Assembly: GCA_947627495.1 (NCBI GenBank)
Contig: CANQWH010000001.1
Span: 5,332-69,331, forward strand
DNA length: 64,000 nucleotides
Reading direction: 5' to 3'
Source: an uncultured Clostridia bacterium
GTDB lineage: Bacteria > Bacillota > Clostridia > TANB77 > CAG-508
The notes beneath the pieces were generated by a model. The model made no database searches, was not told where the DNA came from, and saw only the letters and a list, made by a program, of their open reading frames with translations. The translations under genes were made by a program, and so were the position numbers. This document shows, in pieces, positions 53,801 through 63,190 of the stretch (positions are counted from its first letter, which is position 1; each line of letters starts with the position of its first letter).

Positions 53801-54574
53801 ATGTTATTGAAAGATAAGAAAATATTAATCATGGGAATAAGAAATAAATGGAGCATAGCTTATGGAATTGCAAAATCAGCATATCAAAATGGAGCAAAAT
53901 TAATATTTACATTCATGGATACAGAAAACAGACAAAAGATAGAAGAGCTAATATCAGAATTTAAAGGTGCAAAGCTATATACTTGCAATGATGCTTCAGT
54001 TGATGAAGTTGTAAGAGAAACTTTTACAAAAATAAAGGAAGAAAATGGAAAAATAGATGGAATAGTACATTCAATAGCACATGCAAATACCGAAGATTTA
54101 CATAGAGATTTTATATATACAAGTAAAGAAGGTTTTTCTCATGCAAATGATGTAAGTGCATATTCATTAGTTTTAGCAGCAAGAATGGTAAAAGAATTAG
54201 ATATGTTAAATGAAAATGCAAGTATAGTAACACTTACATATTATGGTTCAACAAAAGTTTTAAGTGGATATAATGTAATGGGAATTGCAAAATCAGCATT
54301 AGAAGCAAGTGTTAGATATTTAGCAGAAAATTTAGGTAAAGAACAAATTAGAGTAAATGCAGTTTCTGCAGGACCAATAAAAACGTTGTCTGCCAAAGGA
54401 ATAAAAGATTTTAATTCAATTTTAGATATTGTGGAAGAAAAGGCACCATTACATAGAAATGTCACAATAGAACAAGTTGGTGATGTTGCAACATTTTTAT
54501 TGAGCAGTATGTCTTCAAGTATAACAGGGCAAGTTATTTTTGCAGATAATGGCTATAATATTATGGGCACATAA
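53801..54574 (+). CDS. fabI: Enoyl-ACP reductase (NADH) FabI
   Basis: ILIMGIRNKWSIAYGIA N-terminus and a catalytic Y...K. The start is chosen at MLLKDKK for RBS spacing. Confidence 0.85.
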   Translation: MLLKDKKILIMGIRNKWSIAYGIAKSAYQNGAKLIFTFMDTENRQKIEELISEFKGAKLYTCNDASVDEVVRETFTKIKEENGKIDGIVHSIAHANTEDLHRDFIYTSKEGFSHANDVSAYSLVLAARMVKELDMLNENASIVTLTYYGSTKVLSGYNVMGIAKSALEASVRYLAENLGKEQIRVNAVSAGPIKTLSAKGIKDFNSILDIVEEKAPLHRNVTIEQVGDVATFLLSSMSSSITGQVIFADNGYNIMGT

Positions 54575-54617
54575 TTATTTTAAAAAATAAATGGTTACTT
54601 TTTATAGCTTATACTGT

Positions 54618-54745
54618 AAAGTCCGCCAAACTCGAAAGGAGTTATATATTTATTTTAAATTGAACCCACGAGGGCGATTGCCTTCGATGCTTTTCGGGGG
54701 TCTTCAATTTTTAATAAATATATAACTCCTGCGTTTGGCTACTTT
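54618..54745. repeat. Repeat family A copy in the fabI-fabK spacer
   Basis: Shared termini and core. Confidence 0.9.
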
Positions 54746-54809
54746 AGAATAATTAATTAGCTGTGAATGGTAAATAATAAGAATAAATTGTGAAAGGAAG
54801 GAAAAGGGT

Positions 54810-55865
54810 TTGAAAGGTATTAAAGTAGGAGATAAAATCTCCAAGTATCCAATAATTCAAGGTGGAATGGGCGTAGGCGTATCATTGCATAAATTAGCAG
54901 GTGCAGTTGCTAAAGAAGGTGGAATAGGAGTAATTTCAACAGCAGATATAGGTTATAAAGAGGAAAATTTTAATAAAAATCCATTAGAAGCCGATAAAAT
55001 TGCTATTAAAAAGGAGATAGAAAAGGCAAGAGAAATAGCCGGAAAAAATGGAATAATAGGAGCAAATATAATGGTTGCTCTAAGTAATTATGCAGAGATA
55101 GTAAAGGAATGTGTAAAACAAAAAATAGACTTAATAATATCAGGTGCTGGTATTCCAAAAGAATTGCCAGAATATGTAAAAGGAACAAAAACAAAAATTG
55201 CTCCAATAATTTCATCTTTAAGATGCTGTAAATTGATAGTTAAACATTGGAAAAACAAATATGATTATACTCCAGATATGATAATTATAGAAGGACCAGA
55301 AGCTGGAGGACATTTAGGATATAAAGCAGAAGAATTGCAAAGTGAAGAAAATAAGTTAGAAAATATAACAAAAGAAGTGGTTGAATATATAAAAGGCGTA
55401 GAAGAAGAAACAAAATGTGAAATACCAGTAATTTCAGCAGGAGGAATTTGGGATTCAAAAGATATAAAGAAATTTTTGGAGCTCGGAGCGTCAGGAGTTC
55501 AAATGGCAACAAGATTTGTTGCAACAGAAGAATGTGATGCATCAGATGAATTTAAACAAGCATACATAAATGCAAAAAAAGAGGATATAAAAATAATAAA
55601 AAGTCCAGTAGGAATGCCAGGAAGAGCAATATACAATAATTTTATAAAAGCAACTGAAACAACAAAATGTAAAATAGAAAAATGCTATAAATGTATAAAA
55701 ACATGTGATGCTGTAAATACGCCATATTGTATAACAAAAGCGTTAATAGAAGCGGTAAATGGAAATATAGATAAGGCATTAGTATTTTGCGGAAGCAATG
55801 TTTATAAAGTAAAAGAAATAATATCAGTTCATAAACTAATGAAAGAATTAGTGTATGAAATTTAG
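54810..55865 (+). CDS. fabK: NMO-fold FMN-dependent enoyl-ACP reductase II (putative FabK), with a TTG start
   Basis: QGGMGVGVS and EGPEAGGH motifs plus fab-cluster context. Confidence 0.65.
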   Translation: MKGIKVGDKISKYPIIQGGMGVGVSLHKLAGAVAKEGGIGVISTADIGYKEENFNKNPLEADKIAIKKEIEKAREIAGKNGIIGANIMVALSNYAEIVKECVKQKIDLIISGAGIPKELPEYVKGTKTKIAPIISSLRCCKLIVKHWKNKYDYTPDMIIIEGPEAGGHLGYKAEELQSEENKLENITKEVVEYIKGVEEETKCEIPVISAGGIWDSKDIKKFLELGASGVQMATRFVATEECDASDEFKQAYINAKKEDIKIIKSPVGMPGRAIYNNFIKATETTKCKIEKCYKCIKTCDAVNTPYCITKALIEAVNGNIDKALVFCGSNVYKVKEIISVHKLMKELVYEI

Positions 55866-56213
55866 GTGTTAGAAGTAACACTTTAACTAATACAGTTAGA
55901 AATTAGAGTGATTCTTATATTCATAAGCCCAATCCATTTCAAATTGTCAGTATTTTTCAAATTTTCATCAATAGAATTTTTTTGTAACATTTGTTTCATA
56001 AGTATTTCAAATCTTTCTTTAGCTTGTGATTATTGATGATTTGAAAGTAAAAAGTAATTTTACAGAAGATATGAAAAATACTAATATGCTTTATTGGTTG
56101 GAAACGCTGAATGCAATTAAAGAGCAAGCCGAAAAAATTGCATATAATGAAATTATTTACAAATAATAATTTTAGAAAATTAACGAAAAGTATTAAAAAA
56201 TAGTAAAATTTAT

Positions 56214-56235
56214 GCTATACTATTTATAGTATAGT
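56214..56235. promoter_or_regulatory. 9-bp inverted repeat CTATACTAT-ttat-ATAGTATAG immediately upstream of the antitoxin RBS, a candidate toxin-antitoxin operator
   Basis: Read directly. Confidence 0.4.
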
Positions 56236-56251
56236 AAAGAGGTGTATTGAT

Positions 56252-56488
56252 ATGATACAAGTAACAAATATACAAGATTTAAAAATAGCAGTAAAAAAAA
56301 ATGGAGAAATGGTTATTACTATGAATAATAACGATATTGTAATTATGAAAATGGAAGAATATAGAGAAAAAATATTAAAGGAAGATATAGAAGAACATCT
56401 ATTAAAGGCAGAAGATGATATAAGAAATGGCAGAGTAAGAGACGCTAGAGAAGTTTTTAAAGAATGGAAAGAAAAATATGGAATATAG
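56252..56488 (+). CDS. Phd/YefM-like type II antitoxin
   Basis: A 78-aa protein, ...EMVITMNNNDIVIMKMEEYREKI..., with RBS agaggtg. Confidence 0.6.
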   Translation: MIQVTNIQDLKIAVKKNGEMVITMNNNDIVIMKMEEYREKILKEDIEEHLLKAEDDIRNGRVRDAREVFKEWKEKYGI

Positions 56489-56890
56489 CATAAAATTAGC
56501 AAACCAATTTTTAGATGAGTTTGAAGAAATATGCGACTATATTTCTAATAAATTAAAAAATATAGATGCCTCAAATAGATTAAGAGAAAAATTAGGACTA
56601 AAATGGCAAATACGAGATAAAAGTGCAAAAAGATTATTGACAGAACACCTAGAGATTGTTATAATAGAACTACCGAAACCGATAAGACAATATAAAGAAA
56701 ATAAAAAAGACGAAATAATAGAGTGAGCAAAATTTTTAGAAAATCCAAATAGTAGGGATGTATCGGCTATTATGGAAAGAATGAACGAAATATAGAAATA
56801 GCAAAAAATAAGATAAAAGAAAATGCTGATAAGCAATTTATAAGTAAAGTAACAGGATTAAGCATAGAATAAATAGAAAAACTTGGTAAG
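56478..56890 (+). pseudogene. Gene remnants. A RelE/ParE-like toxin N-terminus (about 37 aa, MEYSIKLANQFLDEFEEICDYISNKL...) is fused to decayed C-terminal fragments of an Rpn-family (PD-(D/E)XK, transposase_31-like) nuclease gene.
   Basis: ...IVIIELPKP..., then across stops/frameshifts AKFLENPNSRDVSAIMERMNEI / IAKNKIKENADKQFISKVTGLSIE / IEKLGKE. These are typical Rpn C-terminal motifs. Confidence 0.5.
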
Positions 56891-57102
56891 GAATGAAAAA
56901 AGTTGTTATAAAAGTCATTAGATTTAAGAATGTAATAGCGACAGTATTAATTTATTTTATAATGAGGTAAACTTTACTTTTAAACTTAAATTTAATTGCA
57001 AATTTTCATAAAACTACTGTAATCTAGAAAAAAAATATATTAAAATAATAAACAGTATTATTAGTAATATAAAAATTATTTTTTAGGAGGAGAATGTAAG
57101 AA

Positions 57103-58053
57103 ATGAAGAAAGAAGAAATAACACTAAAAAACACAAAAACAGAAATACTAGAAGCTTTAAATGCTGCATTAGAGAGGGAAAAAAACATGTCTAGCATAAA
57201 GGCAAATCCAGAAAAAGAAGAAAAAGAAAGAAAAGTAGCAAAAGCAATAGAGGTATCAAAGGTAAATGTAGAACAAAAAATTTTTTCAGATGAATTAAAT
57301 AATAAATTTAAAGATTTGGAAATAGCAATAGCTGCAGAAGAAGAAAAACTTAAAGAATTATACGGGATAGAGGAAGAATTGAATAATCTTACATTAGTTG
57401 TAAATGCAGGAAAGGACTGCCTTGTAGAAATTGAAAATAATAAGAAAATAAAAACAGAAGAGTTAAATAATAATATTAAAGAATTAGAAGAAACTTATAG
57501 AATAAAATCAGAAGAATTACAAAAAGATTATGAGATGAAAACAAAGAATTTGAAAATAGAGAGAGAAAGAGAAAATGAAGAATATACTTATAAAATAAAG
57601 AGAGAAAGAGAAATAAGTAATAATAAATGGGAAGATGAAAAAGAAGAAAGAGAAACAAAGTTGGCTAAGGCTGAAGAGGAAACTAAAAAACTATTAGATG
57701 AAGCAAATCAAAATGCAGAACATATAAAAGAACTAGAGAATAAAGTAAATGATATTCCAATGCTTTTAGAAAAAGAATATGCAAGAGGAAGAAAAGAAGC
57801 AACAAGTGAATTAGAAAAGGAACATAAATATGCTACAGAATTATTAAGTAGAGATTTTAAAAATACTATTGATAGACAAAATGATAAAATAGAAGCTTTA
57901 AAGGAAGAATTAAATAAGGTAAACACATTAAACAATGTGTTGCAAGAAAAAATGGATAAAGCATATGCAGAAATAAAAGAACTAGCTACAAAAACTGTAG
58001 AAGCAACGGGAGGAGTAAAAATAATAGGAAATAATCAAACAGATGTAAAATAA
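57103..58053 (+). CDS. Hypothetical coiled-coil protein of 316 aa, E/K-rich
   Basis: The ORF has RBS aggagg. Confidence 0.5.
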   Translation: MKKEEITLKNTKTEILEALNAALEREKNMSSIKANPEKEEKERKVAKAIEVSKVNVEQKIFSDELNNKFKDLEIAIAAEEEKLKELYGIEEELNNLTLVVNAGKDCLVEIENNKKIKTEELNNNIKELEETYRIKSEELQKDYEMKTKNLKIERERENEEYTYKIKREREISNNKWEDEKEERETKLAKAEEETKKLLDEANQNAEHIKELENKVNDIPMLLEKEYARGRKEATSELEKEHKYATELLSRDFKNTIDRQNDKIEALKEELNKVNTLNNVLQEKMDKAYAEIKELATKTVEATGGVKIIGNNQTDVK

Positions 58054-58279
58054 TGACGATAAAATTTGTGAAAACGTGATAATTGGCAGTTGAAAAACTT
58101 ATGATAAACCATCGACTGAAATTTATATATTCATTAAAATTTATTAAGTTTTAAAGAGACCACAGTAATGTGGCCTTTTTAGTGCAAAAAGAAAAATGTT
58201 TAGTTCTTGAATAAATGGATAAAATAGTGTATTATATATATTAGTTGTAAATCTTAAGTGTAAAGGAAGAGTATAAAGC

Positions 58280-59131
58280 ATGGATTTATCAAATGAAAAT
58301 GTTATTCATATAAAGAAAGAAGGAATAGAATATATACAATTTAGAAAACTTTTGGAATATAGCGATACTGTAATACATGCATTTACAATAGGTATAAACA
58401 ATGATTATAAAATACCATTATATAATTCTAAACAAAATGTTTTAATACCTGAACAAATAGAGAAAAATAAGAATAGTTATAGAAAAATTTGCAATGCACT
58501 AGGAATTGAATATAATAATATAGTAAAAACAAATCAGGTGCATAAAGATTTAGTAAAAGAGGTAACGGGAAAAATAAATAAAAATGAGCCAGATTTTTCT
58601 GAACAAGTTTATGATAAAACAGATGGTTTATTAACTAACAAGAAAAATATAGCTATATGTGCAACAAATGCAGACTGTATAGTTTTAATGATGTATGATA
58701 GAAATAAAAAAGTAATTGCAAATGTGCATTCAGGTTGGAAAGGAACAGTTCAAAAAATAGCAATAAAAACTATAGATAAAATGCAAGAAATATATAATTG
58801 TAATCCTAAAGATATAATTTGTTGTATAAGTCCTAGTATAAGAAAATGCCATTTTGAGGTAGATGAAGATGTAAAAAACATGTTTGAAGATACATTTAAA
58901 AATATTGATGATGCAATACAAAAAAAACAGGAGAAGTGGAATATAGATACAGTAAAAATAAACATAGATATGTTAAAAGAAAAAGGTTTAAGAGAAGAAA
59001 ATATAATAGATTCAAGAATATGTACAGTATGCAATTCAGATGTAATACATTCATATAGAGGAAGTAAACACAAAAATGGACTAGAGATGGGTATAATAGA
59101 ATTAAAGGATAATCAAATTGAAAGGAAGTAA
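58280..59131 (+). CDS. pgeF: Peptidoglycan editing factor PgeF / YfiH (DUF152 laccase-domain) family protein
   Basis: HSGWKGT motif and conserved His/Cys positions. Confidence 0.75.
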   Translation: MDLSNENVIHIKKEGIEYIQFRKLLEYSDTVIHAFTIGINNDYKIPLYNSKQNVLIPEQIEKNKNSYRKICNALGIEYNNIVKTNQVHKDLVKEVTGKINKNEPDFSEQVYDKTDGLLTNKKNIAICATNADCIVLMMYDRNKKVIANVHSGWKGTVQKIAIKTIDKMQEIYNCNPKDIICCISPSIRKCHFEVDEDVKNMFEDTFKNIDDAIQKKQEKWNIDTVKINIDMLKEKGLREENIIDSRICTVCNSDVIHSYRGSKHKNGLEMGIIELKDNQIERK

Positions 59132-59136
59132 TAACA

Positions 59137-59670
59137 TTGGTTAAAGCAATAAAACATTTATGGTTAATTACAAAGCACAAATGGAGAGTATTTGTGCTTT
59201 GTGTAAGAGCAGGTATACCATTTAGAGGTTTAGTACATGATTTATCTAAATATTCATTAACTGAATTTATTGAATCTGCAAAATTCTATGTTGGAGATCA
59301 TAGTCCAATTACAGAAGCTAAGAAGGCTAACGGATACTCAAAGGCATGGTTACATCATAAAGGAAGAAATAAACATCACTATGAATATTGGTATGATGCA
59401 AAAGCACCAGATAAAACACCAGTAATTCCATATAAATATGCAGTAGAGATGATATGTGATACTCTTGCAGCAGGAAAAACATATCTAGGAAAAAATTGGA
59501 AAAAGAGCAGTCAATTAGAATATTGGAATAGAACAAAGGATTTAGAATACATAAATATAAAAACAGCCAATTTTTTGGAGGCTGTTTATATAGAAGTAAG
59601 TAAAAATGGAATAGAAAAAACAATAAACAGAAAGAATTTAAAAAAACTTTATAAAGAAAATTGTGAATAG
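59137..59670 (+). CDS. Hypothetical 177-aa protein (TTG start), conserved-looking but of unknown function
   Basis: The ORF has RBS aaaggaag and is His/Tyr/Trp-rich. Confidence 0.45.
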   Translation: MVKAIKHLWLITKHKWRVFVLCVRAGIPFRGLVHDLSKYSLTEFIESAKFYVGDHSPITEAKKANGYSKAWLHHKGRNKHHYEYWYDAKAPDKTPVIPYKYAVEMICDTLAAGKTYLGKNWKKSSQLEYWNRTKDLEYINIKTANFLEAVYIEVSKNGIEKTINRKNLKKLYKENCE

Positions 59671-59675
59671 AAAAA

Positions 59676-59720
59676 ATGATATCCGCCTATGACATTTTAT
59701 GGTGTAGGTGGGTATCATTT
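59676..59720. terminator. Imperfect hairpin gatatccgcct...aggtgggtatc followed by a long T-run. It is shared by the convergent genes.
   Basis: A stem of about 11 bp with two mismatches. Confidence 0.45.
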
Positions 59721-59723
59721 TTT

Positions 59724-59891
59724 TTATTTTTTTTCTGCAGTTTTTTTAGTTTCGGGAATAATAATATTTTTTTTCTCCTCTTTAGGAGATGGTTTTGCTA
59801 TATTAAGATGTTCATAAACAGGAGAAATTTCTAAATTTTCACCATTATCATCCATAACAACTTCAATATCATTATTTTTATTTTCTTCCAT
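59724..59891 (-). CDS. Possible small acidic protein of 55 aa (MEENKNNDIEVVMDDNGENLEISPVYEHLNIAKPSPKEEKK...)
   Basis: RBS aaaggtg 7 nt upstream of the ATG. There is no homology call. Confidence 0.3.
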   Translation of the reverse strand: MEENKNNDIEVVMDDNGENLEISPVYEHLNIAKPSPKEEKKNIIIPETKKTAEKK

Positions 59892-60102
59892 ATATATCAC
59901 CTTTTAAAATCATAACATAAAAGAAAAAAACTGTCAAATAATTTAACACAATTAATAAACATAGAAAATTTATCAATGTGGCAGATATAAAAAGAAATTC
60001 ATAATATATATAAGAAAAATAGTATATTAAGCTAAGGGGTGGACAAATTATAAAAAAGATGGTATAGTATTTAAGTATGTTTTTTCAATAGGAGGACGTG
60101 CA

Positions 60103-61329
60103 ATGAATAAAATAGATAAAGCAAGAGAAATACTAAAAAAATATAATCAAAATCATATTAAAAATATAGATGAGAAGTTAGCTGACCAAATATTAAAGAT
60201 TGATTTTGAACAATTGCAAGAGTTATATGAACAAGCAAATAGTAAAACACTGGAAAGTGATATAGATAATATAGAACCTGTAAAAGCAATAAATCCAAAT
60301 AAAATTTCAAAAGAAGAAATAGAAAATTATATAAAAATTGGAGAAGAAAATGTTAGGGCAGGTAAGTTCGCAGTAGCAATAATGGCAGGAGGGCAAGGAA
60401 CAAGATTAGGACATAATGGACCAAAAGGTACATTCACATTAACATTAAACTTAGAACAGAAGTCTTTATTTCAGATAATAATTGAAAAACTACAAACTGC
60501 CCAAAAACAATACAATATAAAATTACCATGTTATATTATGACGAGTCCAGAAAATAATGATGATACAGTAAAATTCTTTGAAAAAAATAATTATTTTGGG
60601 TATCAAAAAGAATACATAAAATTTTTTGAGCAGGGAGAACAACCATTATTAGATAAAGATGGTAAAGTTTTAATAGGAGAAGATGGATTAATAAAATTAG
60701 CATCAGATGGAAATGGTGGAATATTCTGTTCAATGGCTAAAAATGGAATAATAGATGATATGAAGAAGAAAAGTATAGAATGGGTATTTATAGGTTCAGT
60801 AGATAATTTATTAGTAAAATATGTAGATACATTATTGCTAGGAATAGCGATAAGTCAAAATGTAAAAATTGCAACAAAAACAATTATTAAAAATAGTCCA
60901 TATGAAAAAGTAGGGGTATTATGCAAAAGAAATGGCAAAGTTAAAGTAATTGAATACACAGAAATTCCAAAGAAAATGAGATTCGCAGTTGATGAATGTG
61001 GAGAGATGATATATGGAGAGTCTCATATAATGTGCAATTTATTTAATATACAAGCGATAGAAAAAGCAAGCACAAAAGAACTTCAGTATCATATAGCAGT
61101 AAAAAAATCAAAATATATGAATGAAGATGGAGAAATAATAGAACCAACAGAAGAGAACTGCTATAAATTTGAAAAATTTATATTTGATAGTTTTTGCCTA
61201 TTTGATAAGATAGCAATACTTAGAGGGAAAAGAGAAGAAGATTTTGCACCAATAAAAAATGAAAGTGGACCAGATAGTCCTGAAACTGCGAAAAAAATGT
61301 ATGAAGAATATATAAAAAGAAATGTATAA
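60103..61329 (+). CDS. UDPGP-family nucleotide-sugar pyrophosphorylase (eukaryotic-type UDP-GlcNAc/UDP-sugar pyrophosphorylase-like)
   Basis: MAGGQGTRLGHNGPKG signature. Confidence 0.7.
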   Translation: MNKIDKAREILKKYNQNHIKNIDEKLADQILKIDFEQLQELYEQANSKTLESDIDNIEPVKAINPNKISKEEIENYIKIGEENVRAGKFAVAIMAGGQGTRLGHNGPKGTFTLTLNLEQKSLFQIIIEKLQTAQKQYNIKLPCYIMTSPENNDDTVKFFEKNNYFGYQKEYIKFFEQGEQPLLDKDGKVLIGEDGLIKLASDGNGGIFCSMAKNGIIDDMKKKSIEWVFIGSVDNLLVKYVDTLLLGIAISQNVKIATKTIIKNSPYEKVGVLCKRNGKVKVIEYTEIPKKMRFAVDECGEMIYGESHIMCNLFNIQAIEKASTKELQYHIAVKKSKYMNEDGEIIEPTEENCYKFEKFIFDSFCLFDKIAILRGKREEDFAPIKNESGPDSPETAKKMYEEYIKRNV

Positions 61330-61455
61330 TTTTTACAAAATTTCCTATAATATAAATAAAGTAAAATCCTATCAATGGTGATGAAGATTATTGACATGCT
61401 TTTTGTTTCCCTCAATAATTTCCGTCCCAATTGACAGAGCTATAAAGAGGTTTTT

Positions 61456-62325
61456 ATGAAAATTAGTATAGGAAAAAATATTGTAAAAGCCAAAAAAATT
61501 ACAATAGATTTATTAAAAATCACCATTGGAACAATGATTATGGCAATAGGTATAGATTTATTTTTGTTGCCTAATCAGCTTTCAACAGGTGGTTTTTCTG
61601 GTATAGGAACAGTTTTTTATTATCTTTTTGGAATATCTGTGGGAACTACAATGCTGTTATTAAACCTGCCATTATTTATATTATCATATTTCAAAGTAGG
61701 AAAGAGATTTTTCCTAAATGCTCTGGTAGGTACTGCATTATTATCTTATTTCTTAAATATATTTGAAAAGTTAAATCCAATTACAAATGATAGAGTATTA
61801 GCTTTTATATATGGTTCTATAATTGTAGGTATAGGTACTGCAATAGTGTTAAAAGCACGTGCCTCAACAGGGGGAACAGAGTTAGTTGCAAACATTGTAA
61901 AAGCATATAGACCACAATTAAAAACAGGAACATTAATTGTAATTTTTGATACAATAATTATTTCAGCAAACACAATATTTTTTAAAGATATAGAAGTAGC
62001 TTTATATTCAGCATTAGCTATATATATTATGGGAAAAATATTAGATATATTTTTTGAAGGTATAGATTTTGCTAAGATGCTTTTAATTATTTCTCCAAAA
62101 TGGGAGGAGATATCTAATAAAATAAATACAGAAGTAAGAAGAGGAACAACATCTTTATATGGAGAAGGAATGTATAAAAAAGAAGAAAGGAAAATTCTCC
62201 TTTGTGTAATGTCTAGAAATGAAGTAAGAGAAGTAAGGAGAATAGTGGAAGAAATAGATCCATCTGCATTTATAATAATAGCAAATGCAAGGGAGGTTTA
62301 TGGAGAGGGATTTAAGGAAGCTTAG
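61456..62325 (+). CDS. yitT: YitT-family membrane protein (DUF161 membrane domain plus a C-terminal DUF2179 domain)
   Basis: Multi-TM N-terminal part and a soluble C-terminal domain. Confidence 0.7.
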   Translation: MKISIGKNIVKAKKITIDLLKITIGTMIMAIGIDLFLLPNQLSTGGFSGIGTVFYYLFGISVGTTMLLLNLPLFILSYFKVGKRFFLNALVGTALLSYFLNIFEKLNPITNDRVLAFIYGSIIVGIGTAIVLKARASTGGTELVANIVKAYRPQLKTGTLIVIFDTIIISANTIFFKDIEVALYSALAIYIMGKILDIFFEGIDFAKMLLIISPKWEEISNKINTEVRRGTTSLYGEGMYKKEERKILLCVMSRNEVREVRRIVEEIDPSAFIIIANAREVYGEGFKEA

Positions 62326-62360
62326 AACCTCGCTCTTGCCATTTTATGAAAATCAAACAC

Positions 62361-62900
62361 TTAATATATAATGGCGGTTGGTATATAGGTAGCATCAGGA
62401 GGATAGGTAAACTCATCAGCAGGTTTATCTATCTTCTTAATTTTGCTAATTTTAATAATAGGAATTTCACCATGATAATTTCCTTTAGAAATAACACCGG
62501 TTATTTCTACCCAGGTTCCATCTGCATAGCTTTTAGCATCATTATGAGTACATAAAAAACCAACAATTAGTTTTTCGGTACTACCCTCAACAATCATATC
62601 TCTAGCAAGCACAAATTGATTTTCAGTAAAATCTAAATTTCTATAAACATAACCAGAAAAACAAATTTTTTGCCCAACATAAGTGTCTATATTTTCATAA
62701 ACACTTTTTAAAATATTTGTATAATTATCAGCTTGAATATAGGCAACATCAGGTTCTTTGATACTGTCTCTTACTTTAAAACTATTGTTAAATATTTTGT
62801 ATAAAGAGAGTAAGAAGAAAATAACTACAATAATTGAAATTATAATAAGGGAAACTTTAACAATACTTTTACTATTAAATTTAATATTATAAATAAACAT
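62361..62900 (-). CDS. Hypothetical membrane-anchored protein of 180 aa. The start was moved to MFIYNIKFNSK because the ORF-track N-terminal extension lies inside repeat A.
   Basis: RBS agaggtg, an N-terminal TM helix and a soluble C-terminal domain. Confidence 0.5.
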   Translation of the reverse strand: MFIYNIKFNSKSIVKVSLIIISIIVVIFFLLSLYKIFNNSFKVRDSIKEPDVAYIQADNYTNILKSVYENIDTYVGQKICFSGYVYRNLDFTENQFVLARDMIVEGSTEKLIVGFLCTHNDAKSYADGTWVEITGVISKGNYHGEIPIIKISKIKKIDKPADEFTYPPDATYIPTAIIY

Positions 62901-62945
62901 ACACATACACCTCTTATAACAATTAAAGATATTAATTATAGTAGA

Positions 62946-63070
62946 GTAGCCAAACGCAGCAGTTATATATTTATTAAAAATTGAAGACCCCCGAAAAGCA
63001 TCGAAAGCAATCGCCATCGTGGGTTCAATTTAGAATAAATATATAACTGCTTTCGAGATTTGGCGGATTT
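62946..63070. repeat. Repeat family A copy
   Basis: agtagccaaacgcagcag...gaagacccccgaaaagcatcgaaagcaatcgccatcgtgggttca...gagatttggcggattt. Confidence 0.9.
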
Positions 63071-63190
63071 GAATATAATACATATCTTAAATCGTCATGT
63101 TTTTTATTAATTCTATGCCTACATATTGAAAGATATGATAATTTGTGATATAAATATATAGTTACTAAAAAAGAAAAGGTAGGTACATAA

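Noticed and set aside
62901-63017. N-terminal extension of minus-strand ORF 62361-63017 (MAIAFDAFRGSS...)
   Set aside because: The extension is encoded by the family A repeat copy (62946-63070). An RBS plus ATG at 62900 gives a sensible start with an N-terminal TM helix.
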